A DNA stretch of 64,000 nucleotides, from assembly GCA_963793425.1 (NCBI GenBank), contig CAWCAG010000009.1:1056001-1120000 (forward strand), read 5' to 3'. The DNA is from an uncultured cyanobacterium. Lineage in GTDB: Bacteria; Cyanobacteriota; Cyanobacteriia; Cyanobacteriales; CAWCAG01. The notes beneath the pieces are model-generated. The model saw only the letters and a list, made by a program, of their open reading frames with translations. It had not been told where the DNA came from and did not search any database. A program made the position numbers and the translations under genes. This document shows, in pieces, positions 10,801 to 19,658 of this stretch. Each line of letters starts with the position of its first letter. Within the stretch, counting starts at the first letter, position 1.

Positions 10801-11151
10801 TTCTTTTCGTTTGACTTAAATTCGGTTAAATCTGTACTACAAAAGGACGAATATTCAGAAAGATTTTTTGAAACACTGGATTACTTATCCAGAGAGATTT
10901 ATCAAGACAAAAAAGCCTCACTTGCTATGTACCGCCATCTACCAAAAGTGCCTGTTATATACAAGTGGCATCTTGTTACTAATATTAGACTCTCTTCAAA
11001 AGTTTTAGTACGCGCCTTTGAGCATCCGTCAGCAGCAATTTCCCAAAACGCAGCTCTATTAGTAAAGTATGGAGCGGGAGGTGAAGAGGCAGTGAGATTG
11101 GCAAGAAAACTTGTAGGAGAGGAGGAATGGGAATCTTTTGAAAAAATGTAA
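7891..11151 (+). pseudogene. Restriction-endonuclease-like + NACHT NTPase + helical-repeat protein, interrupted by a MITE
   Basis: FERLC..GIDIY..YQCK nuclease motifs, Walker A GNSASGKS, Walker B LADGLDE, VASR. ORFs 7891-9129 and 9304-11151 share a frame; SPLL and FVHLSLCEYAAG NACHT motifs lie after the insertion. Confidence 0.85.
9127..9217. mobile_element. 91-bp MITE with 27-bp imperfect TIRs and TA target duplication (IS630/Tc1-like signature)
   Basis: Left end TAGCCTTTCTCGGACTGATGAGGTACA vs reverse-complemented right end TAGCGATTCTTAGGCTAGTGAGGTACA (20/27); TA at 9125-9126 and 9218-9219. Confidence 0.85.
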
Positions 11152-11176
11152 AAAAGAATAATTCCTTTATAAAAAA

Positions 11177-11203
11177 TGTAGAGGCATAAAAAACACCTCT
11201 ACA
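11177..11203 (-). terminator. Copy of the aroF terminator hairpin
   Basis: TGTAGAGG...CCTCTACA stem, same as 12190-12217. Confidence 0.65.
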
Positions 11204-11233
11204 CTCAACTTCCAAATAATTAAACTACTGAAA

Positions 11234-11517
11234 TTAGGTCAAAGCCATCGCGGGTTCTTCCCAACGTTCCACTGCCTTACCAATCACAGCTAACTCTTTA
11301 ACCAAACGCTCAAAACGCTCTGGAGTTAGAGATTGTGGCCCATCAGACATCGCCTTAGCAGGGTTGGGATGCACCTCAATCATTAATGAATCTGTCCCTG
11401 CTGCGATACCTACGGTGGGCTTTGCCTACGCAGCTTTAGCCATCGGAGGAACATACTCCCATTTCCCTGTACCGTGGCTAGGATCGATCATAATTGGTAG
11501 GTGAGAAGCACGATCGC
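11234..11517 (-). pseudogene. Diverged duplicate of the aroF 3' end
   Basis: Colinear with 12241-12502 ([24 protein letters not shown]...[10 protein letters not shown]), mostly synonymous differences. Confidence 0.9.
11408..11428. mobile_element. 21-nt SDR5-like element inserted in a HIP1 site
   Basis: GCGAT[ACCTACGGTGGGCTTTGCCTA]CGC; the intact aroF has uninterrupted GCGATCGC at the equivalent position. Confidence 0.85.
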
Positions 11518-11555
11518 AAAGCATCTCAACTCAGAAAAATCGCATTCTTGGCAGA

Positions 11556-11700
11556 TAAGAAACCAAAATAAAAGAATCGCACCTTAAGCGAGGATGAAAT
11601 TACCGGACTTGGTCTTTGGACGCAAAGCTTAATTGGTGTACTTAAGCCAAACTCAGAAAATTAAACTGCCCCCTATGATGTAACTTTAGAACTAATAAGA
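11556..11700 (+). pseudogene. Third, degenerate copy of the 4413/6919 small-ORF segment
   Basis: ATGAAATT..GGACTT..TTGGA.GCAAAGCTTAAT..CAGAAAA..CCCTATGA..TAACTTTAGAACTAA aligns with about 7010-7155. Confidence 0.7.
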
Positions 11701-11759
11701 TTTAAGTAATCTTAAAACATATAGAATACAGTCAACTCTCCTATGCGGAGTTTTTATTT

Positions 11760-11969
11760 ATGACCTTAACTGAAATGCTTCCTGTAATCCGGCAGCTTTC
11801 TATAGTAGAAAAGCTTAAATTGATTCGGATTCTTGCAGAAGACCTAGAAGCGGCAGAGGATATTTCTCCTCTAGAACCGTTTAAGACCTATGACCTGCCA
11901 ACTCCTTACAATAGCTTTGGATCTGGTGCTGTATTGATGCAGGCAGTAGAGTCAGTAAACCAACCTTAA
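11760..11969 (+). CDS. Small hypothetical protein (antitoxin-like)
   Basis: MTLTEMLPVIRQLSIVEKLKLIRILAEDL; GGAG RBS. Confidence 0.65.
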   Translation: MTLTEMLPVIRQLSIVEKLKLIRILAEDLEAAEDISPLEPFKTYDLPTPYNSFGSGAVLMQAVESVNQP

Positions 11970-11974
11970 TTGTA

Positions 11975-12142
11975 ATGCGTTTTCGCTACTCTACTACCGA
12001 TTCTTCCCAAAACGAGTTCGATAGCCTGCCACGAGTTTCAATCATTCTTCGTCGAGAAGGACACACTGTAGAAGCTCTCGGACTTGTTGATAGTGGTGCA
12101 ACCATTAATGTTTTGCCCTATGAAATTGGTCTTCAATTCTAA
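11975..12142 (+). pseudogene. Truncated retropepsin-like aspartyl protease
   Basis: 55 codons MRFRYSTT...GLVDSGATINVLPYEIGLQF*; the stop comes from a 16-bp copy of the aroF end. Confidence 0.65.
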
Positions 12143-12189
12143 GTTAAAGCCATCAGATGAGAAGCGCGATCGCAATATAAGACAAAAAA

Positions 12190-12217
12190 TGTAGAGGCAT
12201 CAAAAAACACCTCTACA
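12190..12217 (-). terminator. aroF terminator
   Basis: TGTAGAGG...CCTCTACA hairpin with a U-tail on the minus strand. Confidence 0.65.
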
Positions 12218-12240
12218 CTTAAATTTTAAACTATCCAAGC

Positions 12241-13299
12241 CTAAGTTAAAGCCATCGCTGGCTCTTCCCAACGTTCTACTGCCTTACCAATCACAGCTAA
12301 CTCCTTCACCAAACGGTCAAAACGTTCTGGAGTGAGAGATTGTGGCCCATCAGACATGGCTTTGGCGGGGTTGGGGTGAACTTCGAGCATTAATGAATCT
12401 GTTCCGGCTGCGATCGCCGCTTTAGCCATCGGGGGAACATATTCCCATTTCCCAGTACCATGACTGGGATCAATCATGATGGGGAGGTGAGTTAGCGATC
12501 GCAACACAGGAATTGCGGCTAAATCTAAGGTATTGCGGGCATATTTACGGTCGAAGGTACGAATACCCCGTTCACAAAGAATTACATTAGGATTACCTGC
12601 TGCTAGGATATATTCTGCTGCCATTAATAAATCATCAATAGTTGCTGCCATACCCCTTTTGAGGAGGACTGGCTTATCTTGCGCCCCTACCTTCTTTAGC
12701 AAGGCGAAGTTTTGCATATTCCGCGCCCCAATTTGCACCACATCGGCAACAGCGGAGATTTTTTCTACATCCGCAGTATCCATCACTTCTGTGATGATGC
12801 CTAAGCCTGTTGCTTCCCTCGCTGCTGCCAAGAAATGTAAAGCACTTTCCCCATGACCTTGGAAAGCATAGGGAGAAGTGCGAGGCTTGTAAGCGCCACC
12901 CCGCAAGAATTTTGCCCCCGCAGCTTTAACTCGCTTAGCTGTTTCAACAATCATCTCCTCATTCTCCACAGAACAAGGGCCAGCCACTAAAACAATGGGA
13001 TGATTTTCACTGAAGCTAACCTTACCATTCGGGGTAGAAACCACCACTTCACTAGGTTGCCCGTGGCGAAACTCCCGGCTAGCACGTTTGTAGGGGCGTT
13101 CTACTCGTAAAACCCTTTCAATCCAAGGGCTAACTTCCTGTAGTTGTAAAGGGTCTAAAGAAGCAGTATCTCCTACTAAACCAATCACAACTTTATGTTG
13201 ACCAACAATTTTTTCTGGGGTTAAGCCCCAATCTGTAAATTCGGTGCTAACACGACTAATTTCCTCTTCTGGGGAACCAACTTTCATGACAACGATCAT
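12241..13299 (-). CDS. aroF: DAHP synthase (type I-beta, N-terminal regulatory domain)
   Basis: AGPCSVE, GGAYKPRTSPY, IGARNMQN, LKRG, DPSHGTG. Confidence 0.96.
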   Translation of the reverse strand: MIVVMKVGSPEEEISRVSTEFTDWGLTPEKIVGQHKVVIGLVGDTASLDPLQLQEVSPWIERVLRVERPYKRASREFRHGQPSEVVVSTPNGKVSFSENHPIVLVAGPCSVENEEMIVETAKRVKAAGAKFLRGGAYKPRTSPYAFQGHGESALHFLAAAREATGLGIITEVMDTADVEKISAVADVVQIGARNMQNFALLKKVGAQDKPVLLKRGMAATIDDLLMAAEYILAAGNPNVILCERGIRTFDRKYARNTLDLAAIPVLRSLTHLPIMIDPSHGTGKWEYVPPMAKAAIAAGTDSLMLEVHPNPAKAMSDGPQSLTPERFDRLVKELAVIGKAVERWEEPAMALT

Positions 13300-13540
13300 C
13301 TATACAATCTCCGTATGCCCAGCAGTTTTAACCCTGGGAACAATAAATTAAGAATCGACAATTGAGAAAAATATTTTTAGTAACCTGCTTATGAGGTTCG
13401 CTTAACTATTTAGATATTTAATCAAACCGAGCATAAAGTTGCGATAAAAAACACAAAACTTTGATTGTCTTATTGATTTGGGTAACTTCCCTAAAATATT
13501 TTTAACCTAATTTTGGTTAATTTTCTTCCCTTGACTTGGC

Positions 13541-13990
13541 TTATTTTCTTCCGTCCCGCCAAGCGCTGGTAGTCCTCCTGAAGTTGGGGCCAACTTCTGC
13601 TAAACCTAGCCAACTACCTTGTCTGTTTTCATCCCAGGAACTAGAGAATAAACCATAGCTTAAGCCCAAAACACCTAGGCCAAAAAAGCCCATACTTACT
13701 AGCAAGACAGCAGAGGTGGGCAGTTTAAATAAATTGTGGGAGACAATCCAGTAGCTGACAAAGAAGCTAAGAATACCAAAGCTGGTGGGAATGCCAGAAA
13801 ATAGTGCCATACGACGCACCATACGCTTACTTACAGCATCTGGTATGGCAGCAAGACTTGCCTCAGTTTTGCGAGGGGTTTTCTCCACAACTTTACTAGG
13901 AGAAGAAGAGGGAGGGGCTTTTTTTGGGGTTTTCTTCTTTTTGTTTTTGGGTTCAAAAGGCAGATGTTCCCCTTGAGATTCAGAAGACAT
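13541..13990 (-). CDS. PAM68 family PSII assembly factor
   Basis: IPDAVSKRMVRRM, LGLSYGLFSSSWDE, GSWLG; downstream of rpsO as is typical in cyanobacteria. Confidence 0.92.
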   Translation of the reverse strand: MSSESQGEHLPFEPKNKKKKTPKKAPPSSSPSKVVEKTPRKTEASLAAIPDAVSKRMVRRMALFSGIPTSFGILSFFVSYWIVSHNLFKLPTSAVLLVSMGFFGLGVLGLSYGLFSSSWDENRQGSWLGLAEVGPNFRRTTSAWRDGRK

Positions 13991-14097
13991 ATACAGCAGT
14001 TTTAATCAAAATGATTTATTCTAGACTTTGGTTTTGGCTAATCGCTAATTGCTTTACAAGGAGCGAGATTGCTTGTGGGTTAGGCTGTATAGTTTTG

Positions 14098-14367
14098 TTA
14101 GCGACGAATGCCTAAGCGCTTGATTAATTGGAGATAGCGTTCACGACTTTCGCTTTGAATGAAAGATAAGAGGCGACGGCGACGACCAATCATTTTTAGT
14201 AGCCCTCGGCGAGAAGCATAATCTTTTTTGTTCTTTTTAAGATGCTCAGTTAGTTGGTTAATGCGTTCAGTTAGCATTGCTACTTGTAGATCAGCAGAAC
14301 CTGTATCGGTTTCATGCTTCTGATATTCAGACATTAATTCTTGTTTGCGCTGTTGAGTGAGAGTCAT
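14098..14367 (-). CDS. rpsO: 30S ribosomal protein S15
   Basis: HETDTGSADLQVAMLT, SRRGLLKMIGRRRRLL. Confidence 0.98.
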   Translation of the reverse strand: MTLTQQRKQELMSEYQKHETDTGSADLQVAMLTERINQLTEHLKKNKKDYASRRGLLKMIGRRRRLLSFIQSESRERYLQLIKRLGIRR

Positions 14368-14491
14368 AGTTGTTAGATTAAATTAATAAAACGCAGCAAT
14401 TTACCATATTATCACTCCTCATAAGCTGTTTGGGCTTAAGAGGAGTGATTTTGGTGAGGGAGACTAGTTGAGATCAAGTCGCTCTGGGAAT

Positions 14492-16177
14492 TTATTGATT
14501 TTCCAAAGTTAAAGAATCTAGCAAAATTAAAGGTAAAGCTTCTTTGCTAATGCTTAGAGCATAACTGGAAGTTAAATAATCTTGGTACTCAGGCAATTGA
14601 CCAATGTAAGTGCTGAAGAAAGCTAAGCTCAGGGCCTTAACATATTCTTGGGCTATTTTGGGATCAGGACCGACGGCTTCAGGGGGAAGGGGAATACTAC
14701 CTTCGTCTTCGGCGATCGCAGAAAAATGTGTACCTCCTTTTAAAAGGGCTAGATATTTTGGGGGAGAGGTTAACCAAGTGAAGGGCATGATTTGCTCAAC
14801 TAAAACTGGGGTAACGGTGTCGTCACTGCTACCAAAAATCATAATTGGTTGCTCAATTTTGCCGATTTCAGTTTCTCCAAAAATTGTACTATCTAGAGGA
14901 TTGATCGCTATTACTGCGGCGATGCGGTCATCTTTTAACTCATAATTAGCGTCCTCTAAGTAAATAGCTTGACACTGAAGCAACAAAGAGATGTTAAGAA
15001 AATCGACATTACTATCAGATTGACAATCTGCTCGTACTTGTTCGCGGTTAATGTCTGCACCTGCTAGGGCTAAGCTGGTATAAGCGCCGTAGGATTGTCC
15101 TAAAATACCTATCCGTTCGAGATTAATCTTGTTGCTATAGGATTGTTCCAAAACATCTAATAAGTATTTAATATCTAAGGGTCGGTCAATTAATTCTTGG
15201 GGGGGAGAAACTTCGTTAGCCAATCCAGCTAACAAAGCCCCAACTTGTGCAGAATTACTACCAGGATGTTCTAAAGCAGCCACAGCAAAGCCGTGGGAGG
15301 CTAAATGAAGGGCAACATAGCGAAAGGAATTAAGATTGGAACCGAGTCCGTGGGAAATGACGATTAAAGGAGACGTTTCCTTACTATTTTGGGGTAAATA
15401 CAAATCAACAGGAAAGCTTCTTAAACGTTGATTGTCTCGGAGATTCAACCTTTCTACCGTAAATTTAGTTGTGCCAGACTCCCTTAGTTCCCTTAAATTC
15501 GGTAGGTTAGTGATGGGATTGGCTAAGGCAGATTCCCTCCCTTGAATTTCAATGTCGCTTACAGCTTGTTGAGTAAGCTTGATGGTACTGCTTAATTGAT
15601 CGAGAATTTGAAAACCGCTTCGGGAGTTGATGCGTATGCCGACGGTGGGAAACTTTTTTAAAATATTTAAAGGGGTTAGTCCTTCTTCATCAGCCGCAGC
15701 CAAAATTAAAGCAGAACGTAAAGCATAGAAACCTGATTGGCGGGCTTGGGTTTGAATTACTTTTCCTACCCGTTGCAAGATAATTTCTCCTTGGGGAGTA
15801 TAGAAAAACTGTGCTACAGCTACTGCATCTAAATCAGCACGGGTTTGCAATACTTGTCTGAGTTGAATTAACTGTTTTTCATTCAAATAACCAGCATAGG
15901 TAGTTAATTCTTGCTCAATTTTTCCTTCCCTAGCATAGGTTTCTAAAGCTTCTACGGAGATAGAAAAATCTAAAATCCCATAAGAAACATAAATGCGTTC
16001 TGCACTCAGGGCGCGATCAGCAAGTAAGTTAGGAGTGGTTAGCAAAAAGCCTAGATTAATTAGGGCAATTCCCCATTTAGTCCAAGACCGAGAAGTCGCC
16101 TTCGGAAAGGTGATTTTTTGATGAGTTAGCTTAGAGTTTTCGGTCAAAGGAGCAAACTTGGTGGAAAAAAAATTCAT
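14492..16177 (-). CDS. DUF1400 + alpha/beta hydrolase
   Basis: AERIYVSYG N-terminal domain, SHGLGS, GQSYG nucleophile elbow, GGTHFS. Confidence 0.88.
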   Translation of the reverse strand: MNFFSTKFAPLTENSKLTHQKITFPKATSRSWTKWGIALINLGFLLTTPNLLADRALSAERIYVSYGILDFSISVEALETYAREGKIEQELTTYAGYLNEKQLIQLRQVLQTRADLDAVAVAQFFYTPQGEIILQRVGKVIQTQARQSGFYALRSALILAAADEEGLTPLNILKKFPTVGIRINSRSGFQILDQLSSTIKLTQQAVSDIEIQGRESALANPITNLPNLRELRESGTTKFTVERLNLRDNQRLRSFPVDLYLPQNSKETSPLIVISHGLGSNLNSFRYVALHLASHGFAVAALEHPGSNSAQVGALLAGLANEVSPPQELIDRPLDIKYLLDVLEQSYSNKINLERIGILGQSYGAYTSLALAGADINREQVRADCQSDSNVDFLNISLLLQCQAIYLEDANYELKDDRIAAVIAINPLDSTIFGETEIGKIEQPIMIFGSSDDTVTPVLVEQIMPFTWLTSPPKYLALLKGGTHFSAIAEDEGSIPLPPEAVGPDPKIAQEYVKALSLAFFSTYIGQLPEYQDYLTSSYALSISKEALPLILLDSLTLENQ

Positions 16178-16425
16178 AACGTGGTTGGTGCTGTCTAGTA
16201 TATGGGTTACTCGTTGGCGACGATCAACTTTCCTATTTCTCTTTGGTGCTTAATTAAGCTGTACTGACTAGTTGTTTTGAGATCAGGATTTCATTTCTCT
16301 CATTCTAGAACTTCACTATCTCTGACAGTTTTAAGCTTTAAATTTGACTTAAATACAATTTAAAGTTTAATCCAGCTTATAATAGACTCTTTGCTATTAA
16401 TCTGGGTAAATTAAGCAATTAAACG

Positions 16426-17352
16426 ATGGGTATACAGGATTTAAAGGGAAGAGATTTTCTCAGAATAACAGACCTCAATTCCTCAGAGATTAAAGAGCTA
16501 TTGCATCTAGCTAAAGAGCTTAAAAGTGGAGAGCGTTCTTTTCGCACCCATAAAGAATTGGGGCTTTTGTTTTATAAAGCTTCCACTCGCACCCGTGTTA
16601 GTTTTACTGTGGCGATGCACCGTTTAGGAGGGCAAGTAATTGATCTTAACCCTAATGTTACTCAAGTAGGTAGAGGAGAACCAATCTCAGATACAGCAAG
16701 AGTTCTAGATCGTTACCTCAATATTCTCGCCATTCGTACTTTTAAGCAAGAAGATTTGGAAATTTTCGCTAAGTACACCAAAGTTCCCATCGTTAATGCT
16801 TTGAGTGATTTAGAGCATCCCTGTCAAATTTTAGCTGATTTATTGACGATACAAGAATCTTTTGAGGATCTTCGTGGGGTCAATTTAGCCTATTTGGGAG
16901 ATGGTAATAATGTTGCCCATTCTCTACTGTTAGGTTGCGCGTTGATGGGTATTAATATTAGCCTTGCTACCCCAATCAATCACCAACCCTCTAGAAAAAT
17001 TGTTGAACAAGGTCGAAATATTGCTGGCGATCGCTCTCAAGTTTTGCTTACTGATGACCCGATGCAAGCAGTCAAAAATGCCCAGGTTATTTATACTGAT
17101 GTTTGGGCAAGTATGGGGCAAGAAGATTTGGCAGATAGCCGCTTACCTGTATTTCAAAATTATCAAGTTAATGGCACTATTCTCAACAATGCTCATCCCG
17201 GAGCCATCGTACTTCACTGTTTGCCCGCCCATCGAGGAGAAGAAATAACAGAAGCAGTTATTGAAGGAAAACAATCAAAAGTTTGGGAACAAGCAGAAAA
17301 TAGAATGCACGCTCAACAAGCTCTTTTGGCAGCTTTATTAGGATTGTGTTGA
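16426..17352 (+). CDS. argF: Ornithine carbamoyltransferase
   Basis: STRTRVSF, HPCQILAD, HCLPAHRGEE. Confidence 0.97.
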   Translation: MGIQDLKGRDFLRITDLNSSEIKELLHLAKELKSGERSFRTHKELGLLFYKASTRTRVSFTVAMHRLGGQVIDLNPNVTQVGRGEPISDTARVLDRYLNILAIRTFKQEDLEIFAKYTKVPIVNALSDLEHPCQILADLLTIQESFEDLRGVNLAYLGDGNNVAHSLLLGCALMGINISLATPINHQPSRKIVEQGRNIAGDRSQVLLTDDPMQAVKNAQVIYTDVWASMGQEDLADSRLPVFQNYQVNGTILNNAHPGAIVLHCLPAHRGEEITEAVIEGKQSKVWEQAENRMHAQQALLAALLGLC

Positions 17353-17400
17353 TGAGGCAAATCAACTAGCAATTAGCAATTAGCAATTACTTTCTTTGCT

Positions 17401-17414
17401 AGTACTAGTGTTCT
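17401..17414 (+). promoter_or_regulatory. Cyanobacterial LexA box upstream of lexA
   Basis: AGTACTAGTGTTCT fits RGTAC-NNN-D-GTWCB. Confidence 0.8.
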
Positions 17415-17497
17415 AGAATTAATAACAGTTAGTTAGAGGGAGAAAACTTTTCCTAACCTAACTACTATTAAACAACTATTTGTCCTCATAGAAAATT

Positions 17498-18100
17498 ATG
17501 GAACCTCTCACCGAAGCTCAAAAAGAACTATTTGATTGGTTAGTAGAATATATTCGTACCTCCCAATATGCTCCTTCAATTAGACAGATGATGCGAGCGA
17601 TGAATCTCAAATCCCCTGCACCAATTCAAAGCCGCTTAGAGAGATTGCGGTCTAAAGGTTATATTGATTGGACAGAAGGAAAAGCTCGTACCCTTCGCAT
17701 TCTTCATGCAGAAGCAAAAGGATTGCCAGTATTAGGAGCGATCGCAGCAGGGGGATTAGTGGAACCTTTTACTGATGAAAAGGAGAAGTTAGATTTATCA
17801 GATTTAATTCAACGCCCCAACTGTTTTGCTTTGAGGGTGACAGGAGATAGCATGATTGAAGACTATATTACTGAAGGGGATATGGCAATTATGCGCTCTG
17901 TTCCGGCTAAGGATGAGGTTAAGAATGGTGAAATTGTGGCTGCTAGGGTGGAAGGATACGGCACTACCTTAAAGCGCTTCTATCGCCAAGCAGACCAAGT
18001 TACCCTCAGACCTTCCAATCCTAAATATACTCCCATCCAAGTTGCCGCAGATAGAGTGGATATACAAGGGGTTTTGGTTGGGGTTTGGCGGGGGTATTGA
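17498..18100 (+). CDS. lexA: SOS repressor LexA
   Basis: PSIRQMM..SPAPIQSRL HTH; IAAG cleavage site, GDSM Ser and TLKR Lys all intact. Confidence 0.97.
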   Translation: MEPLTEAQKELFDWLVEYIRTSQYAPSIRQMMRAMNLKSPAPIQSRLERLRSKGYIDWTEGKARTLRILHAEAKGLPVLGAIAAGGLVEPFTDEKEKLDLSDLIQRPNCFALRVTGDSMIEDYITEGDMAIMRSVPAKDEVKNGEIVAARVEGYGTTLKRFYRQADQVTLRPSNPKYTPIQVAADRVDIQGVLVGVWRGY

Positions 18101-18138
18101 GTGATTAGGGAGCAGGGAGCTAGGGATGTAAATTAAAT

Positions 18139-19140
18139 ATGCTCAATGATAAATTGTTTTCTACTCCTTTAAAAATTGGCTCAGTGGAAGTGAATAGCCG
18201 TGTTTTGCAGTCCCCTTTGTCAGGGGTGACTGATTTGGTGTTTCGGCGTTTAGTTCGGCGCTACTCTCCGGACTCAATGATGTATACAGAGATGGTTAGT
18301 GCTAAGGAAATACACCATCTCCGGGAATTGCCCAAGTTGATGGAAATTGACCCTCAAGAGCGTCCTATTAGTATTCAACTTTTTGACTGTCGCCCTGATT
18401 TTATGGGAGAAGCAGCTCAAAAAGCTGTGGCAGAGGGGGCGGATACTGTGGATATTAATATGGGTTGTCCGGTTAATAAGATTACTAAAAAAGGTGGTGG
18501 TTCTTCTTTGTTGAGGCAACCGGAAGTAGCTGTGGCTATTGTCAAAGCAGTGGTGCAAGCGGTGGATGTTCCGGTAACAGTGAAAACTCGCTTGGGGTGG
18601 GATGATGCTCAGATTAATATCCTCGATTTTGCTAAAGCTCTTGAAAATGCTGGGGCAGCAATGCTAACTTTGCACGGCCGCACTCGCGCTCAGGGTTACA
18701 ATGGTTCTGCAAGGTGGGAATGGATTAAGAAAGTGAAGGAAGTTCTGACTATTCCGGTTATTGCTAACGGTGATATTTTTTCTGTAGAAGCTGCGGTGAA
18801 ATGCTTGGCAGAAACTGGGGCAGATGGAGTGATGTGTTCGCGAGGTACTCTAGGTTATCCCTTTTTGGTGGGGGAAATAGATACTTACCTAAAAACAGGT
18901 GTAAGATTGCCTCAAGCTACCCCTATTGACAGGCTTCAATGTGCAAAAGAACATTTAAAAGGGTTGTGGGAATATAAAGGGGAACGAGGTCTTCTCCAAT
19001 CTAGGAAGCATATGGCTTGGTATGCTAAAGGTTTTGTGGGGGCTGGGGAGTTGCGGGATAAGTTATCTCGTTTAGAGAGTGTTGCTCAAGGTTGTGAGTT
19101 GATTGATGTTGCGATCGCTAATTTGGAAGTTGAAGTTTGA
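18139..19140 (+). CDS. dusB: tRNA-dihydrouridine synthase
   Basis: DINMGCP, VTVKTRLG, LHGRT, IANGDI. Confidence 0.95.
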   Translation: MLNDKLFSTPLKIGSVEVNSRVLQSPLSGVTDLVFRRLVRRYSPDSMMYTEMVSAKEIHHLRELPKLMEIDPQERPISIQLFDCRPDFMGEAAQKAVAEGADTVDINMGCPVNKITKKGGGSSLLRQPEVAVAIVKAVVQAVDVPVTVKTRLGWDDAQINILDFAKALENAGAAMLTLHGRTRAQGYNGSARWEWIKKVKEVLTIPVIANGDIFSVEAAVKCLAETGADGVMCSRGTLGYPFLVGEIDTYLKTGVRLPQATPIDRLQCAKEHLKGLWEYKGERGLLQSRKHMAWYAKGFVGAGELRDKLSRLESVAQGCELIDVAIANLEVEV

Positions 19141-19658
19141 TTTCAATCTCTTTAGCAAAATAACGACATTTTGTCAAAAAAACTTTTCAAAGCCCCTCAA
19201 AAATTTGTCATTCACTTGCCCCTCATGTTCTGGTTTTTGAGGGAGAATAGCAGCTTAATTAACGATTTATCGAGGTTGTAGAGATTGCGTTTTAATTTTG
19301 GACAGGAGGAGAGAAGTATGAATTTTTTGATTATACTACTAAACCACGTAAATGCGTCATTTTTAGGATTTTTCGGGGCTTGACATTTTTAAAGTTGAAG
19401 TTATGTAAATTTAAAATGTTTAATCATCAACTTATTTTTCTTGAACTTTTGCTTATGGTTGTGTAACCTCTAGCTTTTTTCTCCCTTGACATGATATTAT
19501 CTATATGGTGGAAAAGGTGCGTCCTGAAAAGCAGTTTTCCAGCAGATTTTTACTTAAAAGTACCTTTATAAAATCGACCGAATAAAGTTCTCAAACCCTG
19601 CTCCCTGCTCTTACAAATAACCTGTGCTAGTAAACCAAATCTAGTTGAGATGACCCCA

